A stretch of DNA of 63,022 nt, filler included, from Octopus bimaculoides (lineage: Eukaryota): the NCBI RefSeq assembly GCF_001194135.2. It is 8 parts of 7 records of this genome, joined end to end, with 100 filler letters (N's around TTAATTAATTAA, not from the genome) between each part and the next. Parts side by side here need not be neighbours in the genome. Positions count along the whole stretch, not along the records: positions 32,155 to 37,335 come from NC_068989.1; positions 37,436 to 42,597 come from NC_068984.1; positions 42,698 to 52,824 come from NC_068981.1; 5 more parts are not named here. One strand, 5' to 3'. Both the position numbers and the translations under genes were made by a program. Each line of letters opens with the position of its first letter. Position 1 is the stretch's first letter. Under the pieces are notes generated by a model. It worked only from the letters and a program-made list of their open reading frames with translations, ran no database searches and was not told the DNA's origin. Positions 35,192 to 47,410 of this stretch are shown piece by piece.

Positions 35192-35414
35192 ATGTGTGTG
35201 TATGTTTGTGTCTGTGTTTGTCCCCACCAACATCGCTTGACAACCGATGCTGGTGTGTTTGGGTCCCTGTAACTTAGCGGTTCGGCCTAAGAGTCCGATA
35301 GAATAAGTACTAAGCTTACAAAGAATAAGACCTGGGGTCGATTTGCTCGACTAAAAGCGGTGCTCCAGCACGGCCGCAGTCAAATGACTGAAACAAGTAA
35401 TAGAGTAAAAGAGT
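34951..35414 (+). mobile_element. SINE family A, full-length copy
   Basis: AGGCGCAGGAGTGGCTGTGTGGTAAG head, internal (TA)n(TG)n, and tail ending GAGTAAAAGAG. Confidence 0.9.
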
Positions 35415-35483
35415 AATTAGAATTCGATAAAACGGCTTGCGTCTATTACATTTATATTATTGTTTTTCACTCAAAGGCAGCGA

Positions 35484-35690
35484 GCCAGTAGAATCGTTAG
35501 CGATCCGAGCAAAATGCTTAGCAGCATTTCGTCCGTCTTTACGCTGTGAGTTTAAATAACACCAGGGTCGACTTTACCTTACATCCATTCGGGGTCGCTA
35601 AAATAATTACCAGTTGAGCACTGGGATCAATGTAATCGACTTACCCTCTCCCACTAAATTACTGGCCTTGAGCGAAAATTTGAAATCATT
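35484..35690 (+). mobile_element. SINE family B copy
   Basis: GGCAGCGAGCCAGTAGAATCGTTAGC head and family core. Confidence 0.82.
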
Positions 35691-36065
35691 AGTGTTTTTT
35701 GTTCAGTCCAAACCAATTTTGGGCTAGTTCGGGCTTCTTTCATTTTATATAGCTATTGGTCTTATTTGTCGGAGTGTTTTGTGGTTTCAAAGAAGTAATA
35801 GTGGTGGTGGGTTGTCAATAAGTGTTTTTCTGAGGCTAGGGCCATAGAGGACAATTTGTCAATATCTGACTATTATCCCAGAATAATTTCGTTACTACCA
35901 GCTAAGCTGGTCAATCAGGGATGTATTAGCTTGTTGTAAAAGATGCTAGTCGTTAAATGATCCCAGATCGTCCTTGGTCAGATATGTCCAGTCGATACTA
36001 TCCGGTCTTTCTGGGAGTATGTAGGACTACAATATCGATTCCGACGGTATTGTGTAGGATGTAAT

Positions 36066-36290
36066 TTTTATTCTTTTATTCTTTTACTTGTTTCATTCAT
36101 TTCACTGCGGCCATGCGGGAACACCGCCTTAAAGGGTTTTAGGACTTATTCTTTGTAAGCCTAGTACTTATTCTATCAATTTCTTTTGCCGAACCGCTAA
36201 TTTACGGGGACGTAAACACACCAACATCAGTTGTCAAGCGATGGTAGGGGGACAAACACAGACACAACGAAAAACACACACATACATACA
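36066..36290 (-). mobile_element. SINE family A 3' half
   Basis: Tail and central block present; truncated at the internal microsatellite. Confidence 0.8.
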
Positions 36291-36334
36291 TATATAAATA
36301 TATATATATGCATATATACATATACATATATTCA

Positions 36335-36702
36335 TGGCACTTCGTCGGTTACGGCGACGAGGGTTCCAGTTGATCCGATCAACGGAACAGCTTGCTCATG
36401 AAATTAACGTGCAAGTGGCTGAGCACTCCACAGACACGTGTACCCTTAACCTAGTTCTCCGGAAGATTCAGCGTGACAAAGAGTGAAACAAGGCTGGCCC
36501 TTTGAAATACAGGTATAACAGAAACAGGAAGAAAGTGTGAGAGAACGTTGTGATGAAATAATACAGCAGAGTTCACCACCACCTCCTGCCGGAGCCTCGT
36601 GCAGCTTTAGGTGTTTTCGCTCACAACGCCCGGTCTGGGAATCGAAACCGCGATCCTATGACCGCAAGTCCGCTTCCCTAACCACTGGTCCATTGCGTCT
36701 CC
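36335..36702 (-). mobile_element. SINE family C copy
   Basis: Close match to 45410-45792; tRNA-like head (..GTGGTTAGGG..GGTTTCGATTCC). Confidence 0.85.
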
Positions 36703-36738
36703 ACACACACATACACCCATACACACGTACACACACAG

Positions 36739-36802
<64 letters not shown>

Positions 36803-37700
36803 TGGCGTGCAGTCTCAGCCATGCAAGCTATGCGCCGCATGCTCTGTTATATAATCGGAAAATTAGATAAAATAGTTTCTTTCTTGCAAAAAATAATCCG
36901 TCCAGTTTTCGAAATATTCTGTCTCCCCTTCCCTTCTCAGTGACTCTATGTTAGTTTGTCCTTCCTTCCTTCCCCCCTCTCTCTCTCACACACTTTCTCT
37001 ATCTCTCTGTTAGTGACCTGTCAGAAGATATGCTAAAACCATAGCATATATATTTTGTACCCCTTCCTCTCTCTGTCAGTGATTCCACAAATTTATCATA
37101 GGAAGTAATGCTTTCTGATAATAGCATGACCCCCACCTCTCTATCCCTTTGTTAGCTGGTTCTGACCGGAGCTAGAGCAGTTCTCAAGAACTGCTATAAT
37201 TAGCCATAATTCTTGGAACAGCCTGGCGGTAAGTCTGAATCTTTTATCCAAAATATCTGTTTGCACTATTATATTTTTGGAAACAAAAATATTTAATTTG
37301 ACTAACGTCATTTTTCCGTTTTTTTTTTTTTTTAGNNNNNNNNNNNNNNNNNNNNNNNNNNNNNNNNNNNNNNNNNNNNTTAATTAATTAANNNNNNNNN
37401 NNNNNNNNNNNNNNNNNNNNNNNNNNNNNNNNNNNTATATATATATATATATATATATGAATAATAACAATAAATGGAGCAAAGCACATATAAATAAAAG
37501 TTCCTTTATATGCGTTTTGCTCCATTTATTGTTATTATTCAATCTACTCAAAATGCACCATTTTAACCTGGTATCTCTACCCATAAAACGGGTGTGATAT
37601 CCTGGTTTTTTTGTGTGATTTTTGCTACCCATTGTAACTTTTAACATATTTACATTGTCAAGGTTTTTTTAAACTGAGATAATATTAATATATACATAAA

Positions 37701-37741
<41 letters not shown>

Positions 37742-37830
37742 TATATATATGATATATGTATATAGGTTATATATCATCATTGTTTAACGTCCGCTTTCCA
37801 TATGTATACAATTTATATATCTTATATATA

Positions 37831-39432
37831 CAAGTAGAGATACCCAGCATTGCCCGTATTACATGCAATGAAGAATGAGACTTTTCTGTTATATTTTCTG
37901 TAATGAACTGGAATACCTATGATTCGAATTTCATCAAAATTTTATCACCCTAAAAAAATTCTAATCATGACACATGTATCCCATACTAATGATCTTTCTG
38001 CTCAGATTCCAAAATTCCAAAATTGTTCAAAAGATTTTGCTCCTGAAAAATGGGGTCATGGATCTCTAAAATGTGGTAGTGAAGGCCCCTTTTGTGGGTG
38101 GGTATCTTAATGTCAACAGAGAAGTTGAATTGTTGAGAATCTTTTTAACTTGGGTCTTATATCGTTTGAATTTCTTTGCAATAGGAAATATATGTATGTT
38201 CACTGGGTTTGTAAAAGAGAGCAAAGCTACAGGAAACCAAAAGACAAATTATCACAATAACCAGTCAGCTCCCTTACCCTAGTCCTTACTACTCCCCAGT
38301 GTAGGATTCCTCACTATACAGGTGACAGGCACAGCCGTAAGATGCATTACGGATCTATAGCAATTGGAAGAATGTGACCCAATTGAAACATTAACAACTG
38401 TGTGATGTGAGGGCTAAGGGGAAAAGAAAGTGTCACCTCTGAAGTTTGCAAATGACCACTATACCGATACGTAACTGGACAGAATAAATTTACAATCTAT
38501 AAATGTCTTTGAAGAACCAGTCACTCATCTGGGAAGGCCTTGAAATCAGTGTTAACATCGGGGGACTATGTGTGACCCAGTGATAATAAAAAGACTCAAA
38601 GGAAACCTGCAACCAAATTATTTTATTGAACACTTTGCAGCTGAATCAGTGGAGGCAAAGATGCCTCTCATTTACTTGATAATTTATGCACCACCTTGCA
38701 GAAATCAAAATGTAATTGAATTACAAATCATGCTCATCTTTTATGCTCGGGTGACCCTACAGCTTCCAAGAATACAACTGTATTCGTCTTTACTTAGATA
38801 AAATGACTAAATTGTGGGTGTTAAGTCTCCATGAAGGGGTCTTTCTAACTTCTAAGAAGATGAAATTTTAGAAATATTACTTCATTTGTGTCTAATATCT
38901 ATGGTTGAAATTTCATCAACAGCAAAAATATATGAATTTTCATGGGGGTTATGGCCCTTATGCATAGAATATAATTTCCAAATTTCATAAAGATCCATTC
39001 ATTACTTTTGACCTAGTTTTGGATCATAAAAAAAGACTAAAATTTGGGAGTTAAGGCCCCTATTAGGGGGGTCTTAGAATCCTCATGAGAAGTGGAAACT
39101 TTGAGAATACTTCTTGGTGTGTGTCAATTACCCATGGTTGAAATTTCATCAACATCGAAAATATCATGGGGGTTTTGCCCCCTTTAAGCCATCTCAAATT
39201 CAAACCAAACATATTGCATTGTACCTGCCATTATGCATTGAATCTAAGTTCAAAATATCGTAAGGATCCATTCAGTAATTTTGGTCCATGAAATTGTATG
39301 AAACACACAGCATTACCCTTCTCCCTAGGCTTGGATTTTGCGTTCGAAATTTCACTAGGATCAGTGCAGTAGTTTCCGAATGTATAGGTAGCACACGAAC
39401 ACGCATAAAGACATTGACATTTATATAATAGA
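37831..39432 (-). mobile_element. Longer non-autonomous Helitron-like element related to 6733-7783
   Basis: A|TC start at 39432-39433, degenerate hairpin and end near 37831-37857, shared block 38520-38720, and internal subrepeats (GGTTGAAATTTCATCAAC twice). Confidence 0.6.
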
Positions 39433-39451
39433 TATGAATATGCACATATAC

Positions 39452-39493
<42 letters not shown>

Positions 39494-39714
39494 TATACAT
39501 ATATACACACACACACACAAAAAGATAGATTGATAGTTACAACTGAGCGGGCAAACAAAAATATGAGACACTGCCTAATGCTTTTTTTTATTTTGCTAAG
39601 CCTGGTACTTATTGTCAAACCAGTTAGTTATAGGGACATAAATAAATGAACAGCAGTTGTGAAGCAGTGATGAGGCAGAAACAGAGACAAAGACACACAC
39701 ATACACTTACATAT

Positions 39715-39765
<51 letters not shown>

Positions 39766-40349
39766 NNNNNNNNNNNNNNNNNNNNNNNNNNNNNNNNNNN
39801 NNNNNNNNNNNNNNNNNNNNNNNNNNNNNNNNNNNNNNNNNNNNNNNNNNNNNNNNNNNNNNNNNNNNNNNNNNNNNNNNNNNNNNNNNNNNNNNNNNNN
39901 NNNNNNNNNNNNNNNNNNNNNNNNNNNNNNNNNNNNNNNNNNNNNNNNNNNNNNNNNNNNNNNNNNNNNNNNNNNNNNNNNNNNNNNNNNNNNNNNNNNN
40001 NNNNNNNNNNNNNNNNNNNNNNNNNNNNNNNNNNNNNNNNNNNNNNNNNNNNNNNNNNNNNNNNNNNNNNNNNNNNNNNNNNNNNNNNNNNNNNNNNNNN
40101 NNNNNNNNNNNNNNNNNNNNNNNNNNNNNNNNNNNNNNNNNNNNNNNNNNNNNNNNNNNNNNNNNNNNNNNNNNNNNNNNNNNNNNNNNNNNNNNNNNNN
40201 NNNNNNNNNNNNNNNNNNNNNNNNNNNNNNNNNNNNNNNNNNNNNNNNNNNNNNNNNNNNNNNNNNNNNNNNNNNNNNNNNNNNNNNNNNNNNNNNNNNN
40301 NNNNNNNNNNNNNNNNNNNNNNNNNNNNNNNNNNNNNNNNNNNNNNNNN

Positions 40350-40406
<57 letters not shown>

Positions 40407-40547
40407 CGTCTTTATCTATACATTTTTGTAGATGTATACATATATACATATATATACATATATATACATATATTATACATGTATGTATCCCTGTATATAT
40501 CTGAGATAATAGTTTCACTTTAAAAGTTACAGTATTAAAGTGCAACT

Positions 40548-40818
40548 ATTAAAGTGAAAATATCTGACATTACAATAGAGAGATGTTATTGCTTCACTTT
40601 TGATACTGAAATAGTGGAGGAGATGTGATATTGCTCTGGGTTTGCAGTAGGCAAGAAGTTAAAAATTGTTTTGGCCTATGACACTACATTGACCCTAAGT
40701 AAGGCATGTGTAAAATTTGAATGAAATTGTTTGTGTACTTGTCAAGTTTTAGGTTATTCACACAGACACGTAGATAGACAGAAAGACAGACACGCATTCT
40801 CATCTTTATATATATAGA
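40548..40818 (-). mobile_element. Helitron-like 5' fragment of the same family
   Basis: Aligns with about 7470-7783 (CCCTAAGTAAGGCATGTGTAAAATTTGAATGAAATTG..TATATAGAT). Confidence 0.65.
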
Positions 40819-41045
40819 TTTATGTTATATATGTATATAGTTTATATATATATTATATATATATATATATATATNNNNNNNNNNNNNNNNNNNNNNNNNN
40901 NNNNNNNNNNNNNNNNNNNNNNNNNNNNNNNNNNNNNNNNNNNNNNNNNNNNNNNNNNNNNNNNNNNNNNNNNNNNNNNNNNNNNNNNNNNNNNNNNNNN
41001 NNNNNNNNNNNNNNNNNNNNNNNNNNNNNNNNNNNNNNNNNNNNN

Positions 41046-42597
41046 GTTTATTTATTTTCTAATGAACATAAATGGGATATACCAATACTATATTTGCATA
41101 CACATACATAAACTAAGAATATGCAAAAGAAACTTAAATTATAGTAACTAATGAATTTATATACAAATATAAATATTTAGGGGTGAAAAAAGTATTCGTA
41201 CAGAACATAAATAACTGATAATTCTGATTTAATACTTCATAGCATAACCATTATTCAGTTTCACTTCAACCAATCTCTTCTTGTAGTTCTTAATCAATGA
41301 CTCGCATGTTTCTTTAGGAATTTTTTCCCATTCTTCTTGACAAATTTTCTTCAAATCTGGAATGCACATTGAGGCTCTTGAATGAGTTTTAATTTTTCAA
41401 ATAACGCCACAAATTTTCATTGGGGTTCAAATCAGGTGACTGGCATGGCCATTCTAACAATTTTATATTGTGATTGATAATCCATTTTTGGTAGACTTCG
41501 CCATGTGTTTAGGGTCGTTATCCTGTTGTAAAACCCATACTTCACAAAGCTGGAGCTTTTCTACAGAGTCCCATAAATTATTGTTCAATATATGTTGGTA
41601 CATCTCTGCATTCATTCTACCATCTATTACATGTAAATTGCCAGTGCCATTTGCAGAGAAACACTACTACACAATGATGTTGCCACCTCCAAACTTTACA
41701 GTAGGAATTGTGTTTTTTGGCGAATAGGTGATACCATCTTTCCTCCAAACATGGCAACATGAATTTTGTCCAAACAATTCAATTTTTGACTCGTCTGTCC
41801 AAAGAACATTTTCCCAGAATGTATCAGATTTATCTTTATGTTCATAAACAAATTTTAAACGGGCTTCTCTATGCCTTTTAGGCAACAGTGGAGTTTTTCT
41901 AGGAGAGCATGACTTCAGTTCATTTCTATGAAGTTCATTGCTGATTGTTCATAATGTAACACTAGTCCCTGAATCTAACAAATCTTCTTGTAACTCCTTT
42001 CTGGTGATCATTGCGTTTTTTTTTTTCGATACTTCACTTCATTTTTCTTAAAGATCTAGGGGAAATCTTGCGTGGTGCACTGGATCTTATTCTGTTTTCA
42101 ACAGTTCCCGAATTTTTATATCTTTGAATAAATGAAGCTATGGTAGAAAATGGAATACAAAGGGTCTCTGATATTTTCCTGTAACTTTTACCTGCTTTCT
42201 ACTGTTCAATAATTAAGTTTTTCACTGAATTTGTGAGCTCTTTACTTTCTGCCATTATTACGACACTACTTTATGTTGTCTCAGTGTTGAATGAAGAAGC
42301 TAGCGTTTTGACACTTAAAAATAAGCACTGATAAGATTATTGGAACAAACGAGAAAGTTCTAGTAAAAAAAAAATATTTTAACAGTATTTTGTGGCATAG
42401 AAACTCACAAATTTATTCTGTATGAATACTTTTTTCACTCCTAAATATTCATAATTGTATATAAATTCATTAGTTACTATACTTTATTAGTTTCTTTTGC
42501 ATATTCTTAGTTTATGCATGTGTATGCAAATATAGTATTGGTATATCCCATTTATGTTCATTAGAAATTTAATAAATAAAAAATTTTGACATGTATG
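41046..42597 (-). mobile_element. Near-complete Tc1-type transposon with long (at least ~165 bp) inverted repeats; both outer ends run into N gaps
   Basis: 41046-41215 and about 42410-42580 are reverse complements and include GGGGTGAAAAAAGTATTC. Confidence 0.9.
41229..42255 (-). pseudogene. Tc1 DD34E transposase pseudogene
   Basis: MAESKELTNSVKNLIIEQ*KAGKSYRKISE..; LWTDESKIELFG; PTVKFGGGNIIV; QQDNDPKH; [15 protein letters not shown]; ..NGYAMKY*. Contains in-frame stops and frameshifts. Confidence 0.9.
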
Positions 42598-42697
42598 NNN
42601 NNNNNNNNNNNNNNNNNNNNNNNNNNNNNNNNNNNNNNNNNTTAATTAATTAANNNNNNNNNNNNNNNNNNNNNNNNNNNNNNNNNNNNNNNNNNNN

Positions 42698-42737
<40 letters not shown>

Positions 42738-42892
42738 TCTCATTTTTATATATATAGATAACGAAAATGATTTTCATGTAATTCATTAACCTATAAAGGT
42801 ATATCATTACACCGAATATGTAATCAATTCGAGCAGAATTGATGTTGGCAACCAAACAGACTAGATCCCAACAAGTTTTTAGGGATAACATT

Positions 42893-43166
42893 GGTGACCA
42901 GTAATAAAGTCACAGGAAAAAAAAAGTCACAGTTAATTTATGGTGGTCGGTAATAAAGTCACAGGGAAAAAAAGACAATTTATGGTGGTGGCCAGTAATA
43001 ATGTCACAGGGAAAAAATGTCATAATTAATTTATGCTGGCCACTAATAAAGTCACAATTAATTTATGGGATCTGGACTAAACTCCCTAGGACAAAACCTC
43101 CTCGGACAAAACCCCTGTGACTTTTTTTCCATGACTTTTTCCTGTCACTTTTTTTACCTGGATTCA
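42893..43166. repeat. ~50-bp minisatellite with AAAGTCACAGG subrepeats and inverted TGTGACTTTT copies (foldback/MITE-like)
   Basis: GTAATAAAGTCACAGG.. repeats about four times; inverted copies at 43115-43160. Confidence 0.5.
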
Positions 43167-43169
43167 TAA

Positions 43170-45406
43170 CATTGCACCCTGTGTTCAACAGGTACTTATG
43201 TCATCAACCCTGAAAGGATGAAAAGCAAAGTGGACCTCGATGGAATTTGAACCCAGGACGTAAAGAGCCAGAAGTATTGCTGCTAAATATTTTGTCCAAC
43301 TTGCTGTTTCTTCCAGCTTGCAGCTATCTTCTACTGATTAATAATTTTAAGAAAGGTATTTTTATATACTTGTGTTTTGAGTTCTATTCTTCCTGTTCGT
43401 ATTACCAAACTTGTAAATGCCCACTTAGCTATTTAATTCATTAAAAGACTCAAGTTGGCAGAATCGTTAGCGCGCTGGATGAAATGCTTAGTGGTATTTC
43501 GCCCGCCACTACGTTCTGAGTTCAAATTCCACTGAGGTTGACTTTACCTTTCATCCTTTCGAGGTCGATAAATTAAGTACCAGTGAAACACTGGGGTCAA
43601 TGTAATCAATAATTCCCCGTCCCCCAAATTTCAGGCCATGTGCCTATAATGGAAAGGATTATTTAACTATGCTTAAAGAGGTAAGCCAACAGAACACTAA
43701 GAGCATCTAAAAAAATGTTTAGTGGTATTTCTTCTGGCTTTTTACCATCTTGGTTTCAAATTCCTCCAAGGTCATCTTTGCCTTTCATCCTTTTAAGGTC
43801 AATGAAATAAAGTACCAGTCAAGTGCTGAGCTCAATGGTTTCAAGTAACTCCTTTCCTTCAAAATTGTTAACCTTGATCCTAAATCGTAACTATTATTCA
43901 ATGAAGTTTTTAGTTATTAAGAATGTGGTACACACATCCACATTGATGGCTGTTAATATCTAAATAGGGTGGTGAGCTGGTAGAATCATTAACATGCAGA
44001 GCAAGATGCTTAGTGGCATTTCATCCAGCTTTATATTCTGAGTTCAAATACTGTCAAGGTCGATTATACTTTTTGTCCTTTCGGGGTTGATAAAATAGGT
44101 ACCAGTTGAGCACCAGGGTCAATGTAATGACTTGCCCACCTCCCCCCGAAATTGCTGGCCTTGTGCCAAAATTTGAAGCCAACACATAAAACCAGAAATG
44201 CAGTGAACTAGCAGAATCTGCTCTTTGCGCAAAGCAAAATGCTTAGCGGCATTTTCGTCCTGAGTTTAAATGCCACCAAGGTGAACTTTTCTTTTCATCG
44301 TTTTAGAGTCAACAAAATAGTACCAATTGAACAGTGGGGTCGATTTAATTGACTCAGCCCCTCTCACCAACCTGCTGGCCTTGTTCCAAAATTTGAAACC
44401 AGTATCTAAAAGCAGTTCCTGTAATTTTCTTTATGGCAAGGCAGCAAGCTCGCAGAATCATCAGCATGCTGGACAAAATGCTTAACGGTCGACTATGCCT
44501 TTTATCCTTCCGGGGTCAATAGATTAAGTACCAGTTGAACAGTGGGGTCGATGAAATCAACTACACCCTTCCCCCCAAATTTCAGGCCTTGTGCCAATAG
44601 TACAAAGGGTTATTATCTTTATGACACCTTTTACTCGCATCACTTGTTGCAGGGTAGCATACCACTGGCGCTGCTCCAGGGTCCAATTGGATCAGGCAAT
44701 GTAACCAACAAGCAAATGGTTAGTGAAGTTACCCTTCACACCATAGAAGTTATGAGGAATTTATTATGGGATAAGTATAAGGGTTTGAAAATATCTAACT
44801 TGTAAATCAACTGGACAAAATGGAATCTTAAGAAAATCTTGGTTTCAAACTTTGACACAAGGCCTGAAATTTGTGGGAAGTGGAGTAAGTCGATTAAATC
44901 GACTCCAGTACTCAACTGGTAATTATTTCATCGACTCCAAAAGGCTGAAAGGCAAAGTGGACCTCAGCAGAATTTGAACTCAGAACGTAAAGGCGAACGA
45001 AATACTGCTAAGCACTTTGCCTGGCGTGCTAACAATTCTGCCAGCTTGCTGTCTTAGCTTCAGAAAATATTGAATCCAAGAAAACTAATGATAATCTGTG
45101 CCGACCAAAAGATAATAATAAATAAATATTGAAAGAACATGTAAATTCTTTTTTGGAGCAGTGGCTCTCAAAGCACATAAAGTTCTAAATAATGATTTCC
45201 AATTTTAGCACAAGGCCAGCAATTTCGAGGGAGAGGTAAGTCAATTACATCGACCCCAATGCTCATGTGTTACTTTTTTTATTGACCCCAAAATGATGAA
45301 AGGCAAAGGTGATCTCAGCAGAATTTGAACTCAGAATGTCAAGATGGATGAAATGCTACTGAGCATCTTGGCCGGCATGCTAATGATTCTGCCAGCTCAC
45401 TGCCTT
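43170..45406. mobile_element. Cluster of about eight SINE family B copies: 43170-43300 (-), 43452-43660, 43700-43880, 43968-44182, 44200-44402, 44437-44610 (+), 44838-45055, 45200-45406 (-)
   Basis: Recurring GCAGAATC..AAATGCTTAG..GAGTTCAAAT..CCTTTCATCC..GGGGTC blocks with varying divergence. Confidence 0.85.
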
Positions 45407-45409
45407 AAT

Positions 45410-45792
45410 GTTGTTGTTGGCACTCCGTCGCTTACGACGTCGAGGGTTCCAGTTGATCCGATCAACGGAACAGCCTGCTCGTGAAATTAACGTGCAAGTG
45501 GCTGAGCACTCCACAGACACGTGTACCCTTAACGTAGTTCTCGGGGATATTCAGCGTGACAGTGTGACAAGGCTGACCCTTTGAATTACAGGCACAACAG
45601 AAACAGGAAGAAAGAGTGAGAGAAAGTTGTGGTGGAAGAGTACAGCAGGGTTCACCACCATCCCCTGCCAGAGCCTCGTGGAGCTTTAGGTGTTTTCGCT
45701 CAATAAACACTCACAATGCCCGGTCTGGGAATCGAAACCGCGATCCTATGACCGCGAGTCTGCTGCCCTAACCAACGGGCCACTGCGCCTCC
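45410..45792 (-). mobile_element. SINE family C, full-length copy
   Basis: tRNA-like head at 45792-45720; tail ..CGTAAGCGACGGAGTGCCAACAACAAC. Confidence 0.87.
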
Positions 45793-46435
45793 ACTACTGC
45801 CTTAATAAAGCTATAAGTAATCTCTCCCATCTCTTTATTTTCCTTCTGACCAGTGATACAGCTTATTTTCCAAACCTTTACCATATAACAAACAGTGTTG
45901 TCTCCAAACTGTACACTTTTGTGCACATATATTTTACAACTAGGAAAGGAGAGGGAAGTGTGTGTACACAAGGTTTACAATATGAAATCGGTTTTCTTTA
46001 AATTAATTTTGGCAATGGTTGCTCGAGGGGATGCGCACATACTTTGCTAAGAAAACATTTCCGCACAAGCAAATTTCTGTGCATGCTTACAAGTACTTGT
46101 TTTCAAACTCAATCATGTCGATAAGTACATAGATAGATGTGAAAACGATTTGAGAAAATCATTTAAAATCACATTATTAACAGAGTGACTTTTTTAATCA
46201 GTTTCTACAAATTACTATATATTGTTTCATGTATTCAGATCGATATGACCGAGTTGATCTCTGAGCTATGAAAATAGATTAAGCAGATTTTTATGACACC
46301 ATAAGTGAAGAGGTTGCGTGATTTGATTGAAATGTTAACTATACAGTTGATAGAGGGTGCTATAACAAAAATAAATGATTATTCTTTTGCAACTGGAAGT
46401 AAAGAGCTCCAAAGTGAAGTTAAAATGTGTTATGC

Positions 46436-46862
46436 TTTACTCTTTTGCTCTTTTACTCTTTTATTTGTTTCAGTCATTTGACTGTGGCCATGCTGGAGCA
46501 CCGCCTTTAGTCGAGCAAATCGACCCCAGGACTTATTCTTTGTAAGCCTAGTACTTATTCTATCGGTCTCTTTTTGCCGAACCTCTAAGTTACGGGGACG
46601 TAAACACACCAGCATCGGTTGTGAAGCAAAGTTGGGGTGACAAACACAGACACACAAACATATACACACACATACATATATATATATATACATATATATG
46701 ACGGGCTTTTTTCAGTTTCCATCTACCAAATCCACTCACAAGGCTTTGGTCGGCCCGAGGCTATAGTAGAAGACACTTGCCCAAGGTGCCACGCAGTGGG
46801 ACTGAACCCGGAACCATGTGGTTGGTAAGCAAGCTACTTACCACACAGCCACTCCTGCACCT
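46436..46862 (-). mobile_element. SINE family A, full-length copy
   Basis: Complete head, internal microsatellite and (GAGTAAAA)n tail. Confidence 0.9.
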
Positions 46863-46904
46863 ATGGAAAAGTTCTTTTGAAAACTTCTTTAAGAACAAAA
46901 TAAA

Positions 46905-47410
46905 TCATTTGATATTGTGCTGCCTAAATGCTAGTCACTTTGCTCGCCACACCGAGCTAAACTTATTCATTAAGCAGGCCCTGGCTTGGATTAATATCCC
47001 CTCAGTTCTGGAGCCGGTGAGATTATCCAGAAGTAATGGGAAGAAATCAGATGGTCTTACCCTCTGTCTCTGGGTAAGAGGTAGGTGCCCCATCTGGGTC
47101 GCCACAGTCTGTGACTCTTTTGTCCCTTTCCACACCCTAGATGGGGTAATAAATGGGAAGGTCACTGCTTCCGTAGCTAAATGAAACAAAACCCTGAAGT
47201 ACCGGGACCTGACAATGAACTATCTCTTTCAACCTGTGACATTTCAAACGTTTGGAGGGACTGGGCCACTAAGGAGGGACTGGGCCACTAAGGAGGGACT
47301 GGGCCACTTCACTGAGATGTTAGGTGATGCCCTTGAGGGTGCTTAGCTTTTCCAACATCTTAACCTTGCCATCACCCATGGTAATGCTGTGAGTATGCTA
47401 GCTTGCTTCA
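46905..47410 (+). mobile_element. CRE-type non-LTR retrotransposon restriction-like endonuclease fragment
   Basis: RHTELNLFIKQAL..IPSVLEPVRLSRSNGKKSDGLTLCLWVRGRCPIWVATVCD..KYRDL..YLFQPV; later LFQHLNLAITHGNAVSML. Confidence 0.7.
47254..47308 (+). repeat. 19-bp tandem triplication GGAGGGACTGGGCCACTAA
   Basis: Two full copies and one 17-nt copy inside the CRE-type fragment. Confidence 0.95.

Noticed and set aside
43170-45406. Regularly recurring ~200-bp units as a CRISPR-like or satellite array
   Set aside because: The units are diverged SINE copies in mixed orientation, with no short identical repeats and unique spacers.
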